The notes beneath the pieces are model-generated. The model made no database searches. It saw only the letters and a program-made list of their open reading frames with translations, and was not told the DNA's origin. Shown piece by piece: positions 1-9,870 of a stretch of DNA of 64,000 nt. The stretch is from positions 5,092-69,091 of the forward strand of contig CAZDHB010000002.1 of NCBI GenBank assembly GCA_964505255.1, given 5' to 3'. A program made the translations under genes and the position numbers. Source of the stretch: an uncultured Porphyrobacter sp. Lineage in GTDB: Bacteria; Pseudomonadota; Alphaproteobacteria; Sphingomonadales; Sphingomonadaceae. Numbering within the stretch: the stretch's first letter is position 1; each line of letters opens with the position of its first letter.

Positions 1-2
1 CC

Positions 3-521
3 AGCTTCCTCGGCAAGGGCGGGTCGCATTTGTCGCTTGAACGCGACTTGGCCGGGGTAGAATATTTTCGCGGCGGAACGCTGGGAGAGATTGGCAAACC
101 TGCCGAAGGCCTCAAAGCACTTGGCACATCTTATGCCATTATGAAACGATTGGTTGACCTAGATAGCGAAGACGTAGGGAGCCGAAGATTGCTCTCTATT
201 GTTGCCGGGCAGATTGCAGCGACTAAGGCCGAGTTAGGAGATTTTGAAGGCGCTATCACGGACTCAAAAAATGCCCTCAACATGAAGCTGGCCTTATCAT
301 CGGAACAACCTGATCAGCAGGGCTTTTTTAGGGATGTTGCGGTCCAAACAAAGCGTCTGGCGGTGATTTACAGTGATGCTGGAAGGCAAGCCGAAGCATG
401 TGACGCTGCCGCAAATGCAATCGCCAGGTTTAATGAGTATGATGAAAGATGGGGTCTGAGCGGCTTCGACAAAAGCAGATCGCTTGCTGATGCGCTGCGA
501 GTGGCTGAGACCTGCAAGTAA
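3..521 (+). CDS. C-terminal part of a TPR-like helical repeat protein (5' end outside window)
   Basis: Frame is open from position 3 to the TAA at 519-521. Repeated TPR-like helices (e.g. LGDFEGAITDSKNAL, AGRQAEACDAAANAI). Confidence 0.5.
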   Translation, partial: SFLGKGGSHLSLERDLAGVEYFRGGTLGEIGKPAEGLKALGTSYAIMKRLVDLDSEDVGSRRLLSIVAGQIAATKAELGDFEGAITDSKNALNMKLALSSEQPDQQGFFRDVAVQTKRLAVIYSDAGRQAEACDAAANAIARFNEYDERWGLSGFDKSRSLADALRVAETCK

Positions 522-531
522 GTGCATCGGC

Positions 532-566
532 GCTGACAGTCGGACCGGAGCTCGTCTCTACTTGGC
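532..566 (+). repeat. Left copy of a degenerate 35-nt direct repeat (other copy 27761-27795)
   Basis: GCTGACAGTCGGACCGGAGCTCGTCTCTACTTGGC vs GCTGTCAGACTAAAGCGAACTCGTCTCAGATTGGC, 24/35 identical without gaps, shared core CTCGTCTC-NNN-TTGGC. Confidence 0.3.
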
Positions 567-758
567 AGATGCGCGGTGCTACTCGGCCAACGTTTCTAGC
601 CAAGAGTTCTCGTCACCCAACCAAGCCCGCTGCGCGGCGGCGATCCTTATGACGGTGCCTTGCTAGGCTTGAGAATCTCCGACAGATGGTCATTCTCGCG
701 CACTTCCTGACAATCGCCATCCGATTTGCTTATCCGCTATGGGAAAGAAGAGGCCTCT

Positions 759-2084
759 ATGATCCGCTCGACCCATCCGATAGCCTTGTGCATGATGCTG
801 TTTGCTATTGTGATGCCCGCTCTTACAAGCTGTGCTGCAACGACAGACCTTGGCAAGCAGGGCGGCGCCGCTTCTGTTCCCCCAACCGACGAGATAGCCG
901 CTTCGCGTTACAGCGCAGCGGACGAAGCGCTCTACATGGCTCGTTTTAAGAGGCTGTCCGAAGGAGGCAGCGGCGGCGCGGGCCTTGCTGGCTATGATAT
1001 TCTCGAGCCGATCCAAGGCGCTCAGACTTTATCGAGTTTTGAAGAAGCAAGCCCAGCGCAGCTATCGCCAGAAGCCTTGGCCAAGGCCACCCAATATGTC
1101 GCAGCGCGCAACACCGCCGCCTTCATCGTGTGGAAAGATGGGGCGATCGAGACCGAACGCTATTTCGGAGACAACACGCGCGAGACACCGCTCGTTTCCC
1201 GATCGCTTTCGAAACCCGTCACAGCCCTGATTGTTGGCCGGGCACTGGCTCAAGGCCACATCCAATCGCTCGATCAACCGGTCGCAGATTTTATCACCGA
1301 ATGGGCAGATGACCCGCGGCGTTCCAAGATACTCGTCCGGCATTTGCTCGACATGCGAACGGGTTTCCTGCCGCAAGGCTTTGCGATGGACCCGAAGGAC
1401 GTTTTGAACCGAGCCTATCTGCATCCTCGCCATGACGAGGTGATCATCCATGACTATCCCATGACGCATGAGCCAGGGACGCGATACGAATATTCCAACG
1501 CCACGTCTGAAATGGTCGCTCCGGTGATCGAGCGCGCCACGGGGATGCGCTACAGCGAATATCTCAGCCAAGCCTTGCTCGAGCCGATCGGCGCTGCAGG
1601 CGGGTCGATTTGGACCAATCGCGAGGGCGGTATGGCGCATTCGGGCTGCTGCATGCTGCTGCCGGCGCGCGCATGGCTGAAAATGGGCATTCTGGTGCTG
1701 CAGGACGGGGTTTGGGATGGCGAACAATTGTTGCCTGAAGGCTTTGCCGCGCAGATGCGGCAGGGCACAGCCGAGAACCAATATTATGGGCTCGGCCTGT
1801 GGCTGGCTGGGCAATATGTCGAAAGACGCGGCTTCGCCCATCCCTCGGTGCCATTTGGCGCAGTTCTGCATAGCGAGCCCTATCTCGACAAGGATATTGC
1901 GCTGTTTGACGGCAATGGCAATCAGACCGTCTATATGATCCCGTCGAAGAATATGGTGGTGGTGCGCCTCGGCGGGCGTCCCGCCAAAGAAGTGGAATGG
2001 GACAATCCCTTCTTGCCCAACCTTTTGATCCGCGATCTGGCCGAAAACGGCGGTGAGCCGCTGCCCGAGGTACAGCCGCTATGA
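759..2084 (+). CDS. Serine hydrolase, beta-lactamase class C/NylB-like, predicted lipoprotein
   Basis: SxxK (SLSK) and YxN (YSN) motifs. Lipobox LTSC. ATG 759 follows GAAGAGG, so it is preferred over the track start at 726. Confidence 0.85.
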   Translation: MIRSTHPIALCMMLFAIVMPALTSCAATTDLGKQGGAASVPPTDEIAASRYSAADEALYMARFKRLSEGGSGGAGLAGYDILEPIQGAQTLSSFEEASPAQLSPEALAKATQYVAARNTAAFIVWKDGAIETERYFGDNTRETPLVSRSLSKPVTALIVGRALAQGHIQSLDQPVADFITEWADDPRRSKILVRHLLDMRTGFLPQGFAMDPKDVLNRAYLHPRHDEVIIHDYPMTHEPGTRYEYSNATSEMVAPVIERATGMRYSEYLSQALLEPIGAAGGSIWTNREGGMAHSGCCMLLPARAWLKMGILVLQDGVWDGEQLLPEGFAAQMRQGTAENQYYGLGLWLAGQYVERRGFAHPSVPFGAVLHSEPYLDKDIALFDGNGNQTVYMIPSKNMVVVRLGGRPAKEVEWDNPFLPNLLIRDLAENGGEPLPEVQPL

Positions 2085-3502
2085 ACGCGAGTATTGCCTC
2101 ACAAGCCCCCAAGGCGGTTGGCCCTGGCGAGAACCAGCGTTTGCCATTCGGACTGAAGCTGGGCTGGGCCAGCGGCGCCTTTGGCATAGCGATCCTGATG
2201 AACGGTATCTCCGGTGTTATTCTCGGGTTTGCCGGAACCGTGCTCGGCATTGATCTCTGGCTCGCTGGCGCTGTCATTTTCGCGAGCAAATTGTTCGATG
2301 TTGTCACCGATCCGGTTGTGGGAATATGGAGCGACAGGCACCGCTCGCCGCGCGGCAGGCGCAGACCGTTCCTGACCTGGGGGGCAATCGTTAGCGCAGT
2401 AAGTTTTGCGCTGATTTTCACGACACCGTCGTTTGACAACCAGTATCTGACCGCGTTCTATCTTTTCCTAGCCCTTTGCATCTATGCATTTGGCTACACG
2501 CTGTTCAACATCCCTTACATGTCCATGCCAGCTGAAATGACAGACAGCTATCATGAGCGTTCCTCGATCCATGCGTACCGCATTGTCTTTGTCGCCCTGG
2601 GAGGGTTAGTTGCCGTTTCGGGCATCAAGGGCGCGGTCGGCTTTCTTGGAGAAAACGACATTGGAAGCTGGCGGATTGTCGGTCTGGCGTGCGCAGCCAT
2701 TATTTTTGTCAGTCTGCTGTGCGCTTATTTGAGCACTTCGAAAGCGCGCTTCACCGATCCGGGGGAGCAGGTAGAGGAGAACAAGTTTGAGCAATTGCGC
2801 CGGGAGTTTCGCGCTGTATTGGGCAATCGGAACTTCGTGCGGTTGATCGCGGTCAAATTTTCCCAGCTCATGGGCGTGCAAACGATTGGCGCTGCGATGC
2901 TCTATTTCTTCCTGCAATATCTGCAAAGCGACTTTGGCACTCTTGCAATCTTTGGTGTGGTGGTCACAGCATCGACAATCATCTTCGCGCCGGTGCTGGT
3001 CAAGTTTTCGAAAATCTACGGCAAGAAGGCTGCCTATTATGTCGCGGCTTTAGCCAATATTGCCTACGCAATTAGCTGGTCGTTTGCCGATCAGGGCGAG
3101 CCAGATTGGGCACTCTTTCTGCGCGCTGCTATTGTTGGCATCGCCTTTGGCGGCAATGTGATCATGGCGATGAGCATGCTGACCGATATAATCAACGAGG
3201 ATGCGGATCGCACGGGAGTGCGCCGCGAAGGGGCTTTCACGGCTCTCTATAGTTTTGTTGAGAAGCTGACCGGTGCGGTTGCGCCGCTGATCGTGGGGAT
3301 CGCTTTATCCGTTGTCGGTTTCGACAAGAATCTGCCTTTTGGTGCGGATCAGGGCGAGAACGTGAACACAGCGCTTTTGCTTGCTGTCTCGTGGCTACCC
3401 GCCATCTTCAATCTCATAGCCATCTGGCTGCTTGCCGGATACAAACTTACCGAGGCTGACGTGAACCAGTCTCGATCCAGTTCAGCGACAGGAAACGTAT
3501 AA
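2081..3502 (+). CDS. MFS transporter, GPH/MelB-like cation symporter family
   Basis: About 12 hydrophobic segments. DVVTDPVVGIWSDR..GRRRPF and NIPYMSMPAEMT motifs typical of GPH symporters. ATGA overlap with the upstream gene. Confidence 0.88.
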   Translation: MNASIASQAPKAVGPGENQRLPFGLKLGWASGAFGIAILMNGISGVILGFAGTVLGIDLWLAGAVIFASKLFDVVTDPVVGIWSDRHRSPRGRRRPFLTWGAIVSAVSFALIFTTPSFDNQYLTAFYLFLALCIYAFGYTLFNIPYMSMPAEMTDSYHERSSIHAYRIVFVALGGLVAVSGIKGAVGFLGENDIGSWRIVGLACAAIIFVSLLCAYLSTSKARFTDPGEQVEENKFEQLRREFRAVLGNRNFVRLIAVKFSQLMGVQTIGAAMLYFFLQYLQSDFGTLAIFGVVVTASTIIFAPVLVKFSKIYGKKAAYYVAALANIAYAISWSFADQGEPDWALFLRAAIVGIAFGGNVIMAMSMLTDIINEDADRTGVRREGAFTALYSFVEKLTGAVAPLIVGIALSVVGFDKNLPFGADQGENVNTALLLAVSWLPAIFNLIAIWLLAGYKLTEADVNQSRSSSATGNV

Positions 3503-4548
3503 TGGAACAGCATATAAACGATCCCCAATTGCGCCAGCGTGGCCGTGCCTCGGTTGAGTTCCTGGTCCAATTGCTCAAGGCCTCTGGTCCGGTCTTCGGA
3601 CAGGTTGGCGCGGAGATTGGCGCGAAGCTGCCCGACCCTGATGCTTTGCCTGATGATCTTGATGCGCGCGATGAGGCGATGAACGCATTGCTCGAAGACA
3701 GCGATGCCTTTGCAACGCAGCGCCTTATTGGCGATTGGCATGGCCGCATGCATGGGCGGGTTTCGGCCGAAGCCTATAATGAAATTGCAGGTGATCTGGC
3801 GCCTGTTCTCGAAGCAACCTCAAAAGGCCCTGCCACGATCGAGTATGATCCCGATATAAAACTGCCGGACTACTATGATGGCGTAAACTTCCACAGGACC
3901 ACAAGCGGGTGGACCGACAATCCCAATCAGGGGTTCATCCATGGCGAGCTGATCCACCGCAAGATGCTTGGTCGGACCTTTCCTGGCGGCATTTTCAAGC
4001 AACGTGAGACCGTGGCGGCGATGGCACCGCGTGATCATTACGACCGGATTTTGGATATGGGCTGCTCGTCTGGTCATTTTACCTATGCTTTGCAGACGGT
4101 TTACCCCGACGCGAAAATAACCGGCATCGACTATGCAGCACCGATGATGGAGCACGCCTGGCGCACCGCTAATGCCAATGGCTGGGACTGGAAACTGATC
4201 CAGCGCGGAGCAGAAGCGACAGGGTTTGACGAGGCAAGCTTCGATCTGGTGGCAAGTTACATCATCCTTCATGAAATGCCTGAGAGTGCAATCCGGGAGG
4301 TTTTTGCCGAAGCTTTTCGTGTCCTCGCGCCGGGCGGCGATATGCTGATGTCTGACGTCACACGTTATGCTGATCTCGATAAGCTATCCGTCTGGAAAGC
4401 GGACCGCGGTGCCAAATATGGCGGCGAACCCCATTGGCGCGAGTCAGCCCTGCTCGATTTCGCCGCGATCGCGCGTGATGTTGGCTTTGAAGATGTAAAG
4501 GCGGAAGGAGCCTATCCGCATGTAGTGCAGGGAAGGAAGCCTGCGTGA
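3502..4548 (+). CDS. Class I SAM-dependent methyltransferase (paralog A)
   Basis: Motif I ILDMGCSSG, acidic motif II (GID), SFDLVASYIILHEMP and RVLAPGG. TAATG coupling to the MFS gene. Confidence 0.85.
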   Translation: MEQHINDPQLRQRGRASVEFLVQLLKASGPVFGQVGAEIGAKLPDPDALPDDLDARDEAMNALLEDSDAFATQRLIGDWHGRMHGRVSAEAYNEIAGDLAPVLEATSKGPATIEYDPDIKLPDYYDGVNFHRTTSGWTDNPNQGFIHGELIHRKMLGRTFPGGIFKQRETVAAMAPRDHYDRILDMGCSSGHFTYALQTVYPDAKITGIDYAAPMMEHAWRTANANGWDWKLIQRGAEATGFDEASFDLVASYIILHEMPESAIREVFAEAFRVLAPGGDMLMSDVTRYADLDKLSVWKADRGAKYGGEPHWRESALLDFAAIARDVGFEDVKAEGAYPHVVQGRKPA

Positions 4549-4835
4549 GCGATCCGAAGGACTTCAATCTGCCCGAAGGGGCGCTCTTAGGCCAAGCACA
4601 GATTGACAATGTCGGACGAGCGCTGATCACTTTGATGCGCGAAGTCGCCGTGCTCAATGACCGGGTGCAGGTTCTAGAATGTCTGCTCGATAAGGAAGGG
4701 GTCATTGCGGCCGAAGCCGTCGACACCTTCCAAGGCGACGAGGCATTCCAGCAGCGCTCGGAACAGTCAATGGCCGCGATTGTGGGCAATGTGATGGCGG
4801 CGCTGCACGGTGCGGATGGCAACACAAGCCAATAG
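4545..4835 (+). CDS. Small helical hypothetical protein, methyltransferase-associated (paralog A)
   Basis: GTGA overlap with the methyltransferase stop. 15/34 identical to the 14338-14700 protein over the IDN...DRVxVLE..L...G segment. Confidence 0.75.
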   Translation: MSDPKDFNLPEGALLGQAQIDNVGRALITLMREVAVLNDRVQVLECLLDKEGVIAAEAVDTFQGDEAFQQRSEQSMAAIVGNVMAALHGADGNTSQ

Positions 4836-4924
4836 TCAAAGCGCCAAAGGACGCCGCGCAGGTACCTCGCTTTTGCTTCCGCCCCAGCAAGGGAGCGGCC
4901 AAGGCGACGAGGCTGAGCGATAGA

Positions 4925-5869
4925 ATGCGCAAACCAGCAATCTCCTCAACACTTATTGGTGCGGCCTTGGCGCTGTCTTCCTGCATCGCCGTTCCAAGCC
5001 CGGATACGGCTGCTCTTTCATGCGCAGCGAGGATGGCGGGGGCGCAAGCCTCGTTTGATCTGCACTTGAAGGCAAAGGATGGCAGGGACATTCCGGTCAC
5101 CGTTTTCCATCCAGATGAGCCGGGCACCTATCCAGTGATTGCTTTCTCGCACGGGGCATTTGCCGCTCCGAAGCGATACACAGCAATGCTGCGCCCGATG
5201 GCTGCAGCCGGTTTTATCATTGTTGCGCCCATGCATAGGGACAGCGAGGAAGCCGGGCTCGCAAGTCCGCCATCGCAAGAGGAAGTGTGGCTGACCCGCC
5301 ATGCAGATTTTGCAATCGCCCTGTCCAAACCTGATGCCATGGCCTCTGCCCTGGCGAGCCGGGCCATTGTGGCAGATGATGCCCCTCCCATCGCCATGGG
5401 CCACAGCTATGGCGCGATAATCGCTCAATTGAGTGCAGGCGCCCAAAGCCTGATGCCTGCAGGCCGCAGCGTTGATGCACCCTTGGATTTGCAAGCAGTG
5501 ATTGCATGGTCACCCCCAGGCGAGGCGAAAGGGATGATCGAGAATGCCGGATGGAGCACTATGGCAACGCCCAGCATGGTCCTGACGGGAACCACAGATA
5601 TTCTCCCCGGCTTTGTCGATGATTGGGAAGACCGAAAGGCCAGCTTCATCCATGCGCCGGCGGGGAACAAGGCTCTGTGGGTAGGAAACCGGATTGATCA
5701 CTATTTCGGCGGCATGTTTGGCAGGGTCAAACCTGCTGATGCAAATTCACAAGGTCTCATGCAGCGGGCGTTGGAACGATCGGTCCAGTTTCTCGACGAA
5801 AACACGGGCAGATATCCTGCTTGCAGCCTTGAGCCATCCTTTAATGGCGAGCAATTTGTCCAGGGCTGA
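4925..5869 (+). CDS. Alpha/beta hydrolase (chlorophyllase/PAF-AH-like fold), predicted lipoprotein
   Basis: FSHG oxyanion motif, GHSYG nucleophile elbow, candidate Asp (TTDILP) and His (IDHYFGG). Lipobox LSSC. Confidence 0.8.
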   Translation: MRKPAISSTLIGAALALSSCIAVPSPDTAALSCAARMAGAQASFDLHLKAKDGRDIPVTVFHPDEPGTYPVIAFSHGAFAAPKRYTAMLRPMAAAGFIIVAPMHRDSEEAGLASPPSQEEVWLTRHADFAIALSKPDAMASALASRAIVADDAPPIAMGHSYGAIIAQLSAGAQSLMPAGRSVDAPLDLQAVIAWSPPGEAKGMIENAGWSTMATPSMVLTGTTDILPGFVDDWEDRKASFIHAPAGNKALWVGNRIDHYFGGMFGRVKPADANSQGLMQRALERSVQFLDENTGRYPACSLEPSFNGEQFVQG

Positions 5870-6063
5870 AAAGTAAAGAGTCGCCTTTTCTCTGCTAGAA
5901 TAAATGGATGAGAATCACCGAAGAGCGGGGATTTTACATAAATCGGGCGGGTCTTGGGGCTACTTTACCCGCCAATCGGATAAAAATGGCATTTGTTTGC
6001 GCTGTAACATGCCTGCTCTTTGATGAATGGAGTACCGACATCAAGGGTAGGGAGTCATTTAAC

Positions 6064-8514
6064 ATGCCGCGTTCTAACCAATCTCGCTTTGCGATCAAAA
6101 CCATGACAACTTCAGGAATGGGTTTGGCGCTTATGGCGCTGTGTGCAAACCCTGCCTTCGCTCAGGAAAGCGAAAGCCCCGCGCCGGAGGCCGAAACGGA
6201 AGATAACGGCAACGTCATCATCGTGACCGCGCGTTCTCGTGAGGAGAGCATTCAGGAAATTCCTTTGGCGATCACGGCGTTCGATGAAGACGCGTTTGCA
6301 AAGCGCGCCATTCAAAATTTGGATGATGTGGCGCGTTTGACGCCAGGTTTGAGCTTTGAAGACTTTACTGGCGGCTTTGCAACACCGGTCATTCGCGGCC
6401 AGTCGCAAACGCGTCTCACCGCTTTGGAACAAAACGTTTCAACATTTCTCGATGGGGTCTATATCCCTCGCTCTTGGGCCATTGATCTTGGCACGCTGAA
6501 CCTTGAGCGGATCGAGGTTGTGAAAGGTCCGCAAAGCGCCCGATATGGTCGGAACGCATTTGCTGGCGCGATCAACTATGTACCTTTCAAGGCAACCATC
6601 GAAAACCAAGATTTTAGCGGCAGCCTCAGTGCGACTGTCGGTAGTGACGAGCGGATTGACGGGGGTGGACGCATCAACTTCTCTCCGAACGACTATTTCG
6701 CTCTCGCGCTTTCCTACAACCGTTCAAGCTTTGACGGCACTTGGGAGAACACTCACCCATTTGCAGACATCGAATTGGAGGAAGGCACTGCAGACAACGC
6801 AGGCGGCTGGGATAACGAAGCGCTCTCTGCATCTTTCTTGATCGAGCCGTCTGACGTGCTCAGCATTGAAGCGAGCTACAATCGCTTTGAAGTCAACAAT
6901 GAAGCCCGTGCCGGCCAAAACAACGATGAATCGGCCGGCGCTTTGAATTGCGGTTCGCAAATTTCAGGAAATTTCCGTTTGTTCTGCGGCGAGCTGCCCG
7001 AAGCGACCGACACTGCCATCGTCGATCCGCGCAATGTGGGTGTTATCGCTGAAACCGATATTTTCCGCGGGGCTGTAAACCTTTCACCTAGCGATAATCT
7101 CGACATCTCCTACGTATTTGGCAAAGTGAAAGGTGAAGTGTTTGCCGGTGGCAGCAGCGAAACCAATCAAGATGTGTGTTTTCCGAACTTCTTCTCTAAT
7201 TTGAATTCGCTGTTTGGCGCTCCTAACGGACCATCAGGGCAATGCGCATTCACGGTTACTCCGGTCGGCGACATCGACTATACTTCGCATGAAGTGCGTG
7301 CAGTGTTTGAGGCAGGTACGTCCTTGCGTTTTGAAGTTGGTGGGTTCCTCTCTGAGGGCAGAGACTTCTTTGAAACTGCATTTGCTTCACCAGGGCCGTT
7401 TTCGGACGATCCAGCCACTCAGATAACCTTGCGTGAGGCTACGGACATCACAGATGGCGAAATCATCGAAACCGATGTCGTCTCAGTCTTTGGCGCGGTT
7501 GAATGGAGCAGCCCAGATGGCAATCTGCGTGTCGGCGCCGAGGGCCGTTACACAGAGAACGAGATCACCGGGTCAACTTTGGCCGGTGGTGCTGCTTCTG
7601 AACTCAACGAGACATTCAAGGTTTTCACGCCTCGTTTCTCGGTCGACTATCAGGCTAACGATGCCATGCTTCTTTATGCATCTGTTGCGCGCGGTTCCAA
7701 AGCCGGCGGCTTTAACCCGGGTGCAATTCAAGATCCGGCACGGCCCGAGCTTGCAGACAACCTGACCTTTGATGAAGAGCTGAACTGGACTTATGAGGTT
7801 GGCGTAAAAGGCCGGTTCCTCAATGATCGCCTGACGCTTAACGCAGCTGGTTTTTACACAGATTGGAGCGCGTTGCAGCTTAACGCACCCGATCCAGGTG
7901 CTGACGCCCTCATCGCCACCAATATCACGCTGAACCTAGGTGATGCGCGGGTCTATGGTCTTGAGCTTGACGGTGCATACCAAATCACCGACAACTTCAC
8001 GATCGATGGTTCGTTCTCGATCTTCGACAACCGTTACAAAGACGGCACGATTGATAACCGCTTTGCAAGGCCAGCCTCGGGCTTCTTTGCAGCCACGATC
8101 GGCGGTGCTTTTGGCACCCCTACTCCGCCCCCTTGCGATGACGTTCTGTGCGCAAGCAATGGCGACGTTGGCGGAAACCGGATCGAAAGAACACCTCCGA
8201 TCCAGGCGACCCTCGGCGCAGAGTATAATGGCTTTAGCGGCGATGTAGAATGGTTCGTTCGCGGCGATCTGAGCTGGCAGGACGAATTCTACGCGACGCC
8301 GGTCAATCTTGCCACGATCCCAAGCCGTTTCCTCGTCAGCGCAAGCGCCGGCGTGACATACGAAAACTTCGATATCAGCTTTTGGATGCGAAACCTTACC
8401 GATGAACGGTATGTCTCCAACTCCTTCGCTGTTATCATTCCATTCGGAAACGCGTACAACACCTTCTATGGTGATCGCCGCTCTTTCGGTGCGACCGCAA
8501 AAGTGAGCTTCTAG
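6064..8514 (+). CDS. TonB-dependent outer-membrane receptor
   Basis: Signal peptide ending PAFAQ, TonB-box-like VIIVTAR, plug motif RIEVVKGPQSARYGRNAFAGAINY, C-terminal Phe (AKVSF). ATG 6064 with GGGAG upstream is preferred over the track start at 5908. Confidence 0.95.
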   Translation: MPRSNQSRFAIKTMTTSGMGLALMALCANPAFAQESESPAPEAETEDNGNVIIVTARSREESIQEIPLAITAFDEDAFAKRAIQNLDDVARLTPGLSFEDFTGGFATPVIRGQSQTRLTALEQNVSTFLDGVYIPRSWAIDLGTLNLERIEVVKGPQSARYGRNAFAGAINYVPFKATIENQDFSGSLSATVGSDERIDGGGRINFSPNDYFALALSYNRSSFDGTWENTHPFADIELEEGTADNAGGWDNEALSASFLIEPSDVLSIEASYNRFEVNNEARAGQNNDESAGALNCGSQISGNFRLFCGELPEATDTAIVDPRNVGVIAETDIFRGAVNLSPSDNLDISYVFGKVKGEVFAGGSSETNQDVCFPNFFSNLNSLFGAPNGPSGQCAFTVTPVGDIDYTSHEVRAVFEAGTSLRFEVGGFLSEGRDFFETAFASPGPFSDDPATQITLREATDITDGEIIETDVVSVFGAVEWSSPDGNLRVGAEGRYTENEITGSTLAGGAASELNETFKVFTPRFSVDYQANDAMLLYASVARGSKAGGFNPGAIQDPARPELADNLTFDEELNWTYEVGVKGRFLNDRLTLNAAGFYTDWSALQLNAPDPGADALIATNITLNLGDARVYGLELDGAYQITDNFTIDGSFSIFDNRYKDGTIDNRFARPASGFFAATIGGAFGTPTPPPCDDVLCASNGDVGGNRIERTPPIQATLGAEYNGFSGDVEWFVRGDLSWQDEFYATPVNLATIPSRFLVSASAGVTYENFDISFWMRNLTDERYVSNSFAVIIPFGNAYNTFYGDRRSFGATAKVSF

Positions 8515-8538
8515 AAGTTCAAGAAGAAAAAAATCAGC

Positions 8539-8570
8539 AAGGGCTGCCAATGCGAATTGGCGGCCCTTTT
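8539..8570 (+). terminator. Intrinsic terminator after the TonB-dependent receptor
   Basis: AAGGGCTGCCAA-tgcgaa-TTGGCGGCCCTT hairpin followed by TT, with an A-run upstream. Confidence 0.75.
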
Positions 8571-8610
8571 GATATCAATTCACCTTGAAAGCTGAGTTCG
8601 GTCCCAAAAC

Positions 8611-9870
8611 ATGACCACTATTAGAGACATTATTCTTGCGCCAGCCAATGGAGCCTTCTTCTACGACGACCAAGCCGCGATCCGCTCCGGCTTGAAGCAG
8701 GATGGCTTCGACTACATCGGAAAACCCGTAACAGATGGCTTTGAGCGCATTCGTCAGCCATCAAGAGCGCTCAGCATTGGTCTGGTTCTTGACAATGGCT
8801 CCGTCGCCTGGGGCGATATGGTCAGCGTCCAATATTCAGGCGCTGCGGGGCGTGATCCATTGTTCGATCCCGAGAAAATTGCGGTGCTGGCCGACGATAT
8901 CCTGCGACCAGAGCTAATAGGGCGGCAGGCGGACGAGGTTCAAACAAATTGTGATGAGGTGCTGGACAAAGAGCGCCCATCGCCGCTCCCTTTGGCGGTG
9001 AAATATGGGCTAAGCCAAGCTTTGATAGCTGCGGCGGCTAACACCAAGCAATGCACCCCGGCCGAAATTGTCTGCGATGCATTTGGTCGCCCCTACCCTA
9101 CCGTGCCGATCCCCATCTTTGCTCAAAGCGGTGATGAGCGATATCTCAACGTTGACAAGATGGTGCTCAAGAAGGTCGATATCTTGCCGCACGGCCTGAT
9201 CAATTCAGCCGAAAAGTTCGGTCCCGAGGGCAGGACCTTTTCCGACTATGTGGAATGGGTCGCCAATCGCGCGACGCAGCTCGGTGGAGAAACTTACCGT
9301 CCCAAGCTGCATTTCGATCTCTATGGCTGGATTGGATTGGGAATCAGCGATGATCCAGAAAAAGTCGCCAGCTTTATCGCGCAATGCGCAGAAAAAGTTC
9401 CTTTGTTTGACCTGCTGATTGAGAGCCCAGTCGATTACGGCGAACGCTCGCTTCAGATCGAAAAATACGCCCAAATCGTAAGCGCGATGGAGCGGATTGG
9501 CACAAGCGCCAAAATCGTGGCGGACGAGCATTGCAATACACTTGGCGACATTCGCGATTTTTGTGACGCGAAAGCGGCGCATGTGATCCAAGTAAAAACG
9601 CCTGATGTTGGCAGCCTGCTCGATACGGCGAGCGCCATTCAATATGCCAAACAATCGGGCGTTGGAGCCTATTGCGGAGGGACGAGTGCAGAAACCGACG
9701 TATCAGCGCGCGCTTGCGTCCATGTCGCGCTTGCTATGCAGGCCAATATGATGCTCGCCAAACCGGGTATGGGCGTTGACGAAGCGATCTGTATTGTCGG
9801 CAATGAGCAAAGTCGCGCGCTGGCGCAGATCCGCTACAACACATCGGCGCAAGCGCGAAACAATGGCTGA
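8611..9870 (+). CDS. mal: Methylaspartate ammonia-lyase (enolase superfamily)
   Basis: MAL signatures WGD..VQYSGAAGRDPLF, FAQSGD, PHGLIN, HFDLYG, IESP, ADEHCN, QVKTPD and LAKPGMGVDE. Confidence 0.9.
   Translation: MTTIRDIILAPANGAFFYDDQAAIRSGLKQDGFDYIGKPVTDGFERIRQPSRALSIGLVLDNGSVAWGDMVSVQYSGAAGRDPLFDPEKIAVLADDILRPELIGRQADEVQTNCDEVLDKERPSPLPLAVKYGLSQALIAAAANTKQCTPAEIVCDAFGRPYPTVPIPIFAQSGDERYLNVDKMVLKKVDILPHGLINSAEKFGPEGRTFSDYVEWVANRATQLGGETYRPKLHFDLYGWIGLGISDDPEKVASFIAQCAEKVPLFDLLIESPVDYGERSLQIEKYAQIVSAMERIGTSAKIVADEHCNTLGDIRDFCDAKAAHVIQVKTPDVGSLLDTASAIQYAKQSGVGAYCGGTSAETDVSARACVHVALAMQANMMLAKPGMGVDEAICIVGNEQSRALAQIRYNTSAQARNNG

Noticed and set aside
5946-5973. Hairpin GGCGGGT-N14-ACCCGCC in the TonB receptor leader, considered as part of a cobalamin or other riboswitch
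   Set aside because: No B12-box or other riboswitch core is recognisable. An Infernal/Rfam scan would settle it.
5987-6000. Possible sigma54 promoter TGGCA...TTGC before the TonB receptor
   Set aside because: Only 9 nt separate GG and GC, whereas the -24/-12 consensus needs 10.
5908-6063. Long N-terminal extensions from the ORF track (TonB receptor, CoA-transferase 9776, hydrolase 21184, ppaA 45341, ppsR 46371, pucC 48780, bchH 42105, acsF 33350)
   Set aside because: Downstream starts have better Shine-Dalgarno sites or stop/start coupling, and the extensions overlap promoters or other genes.
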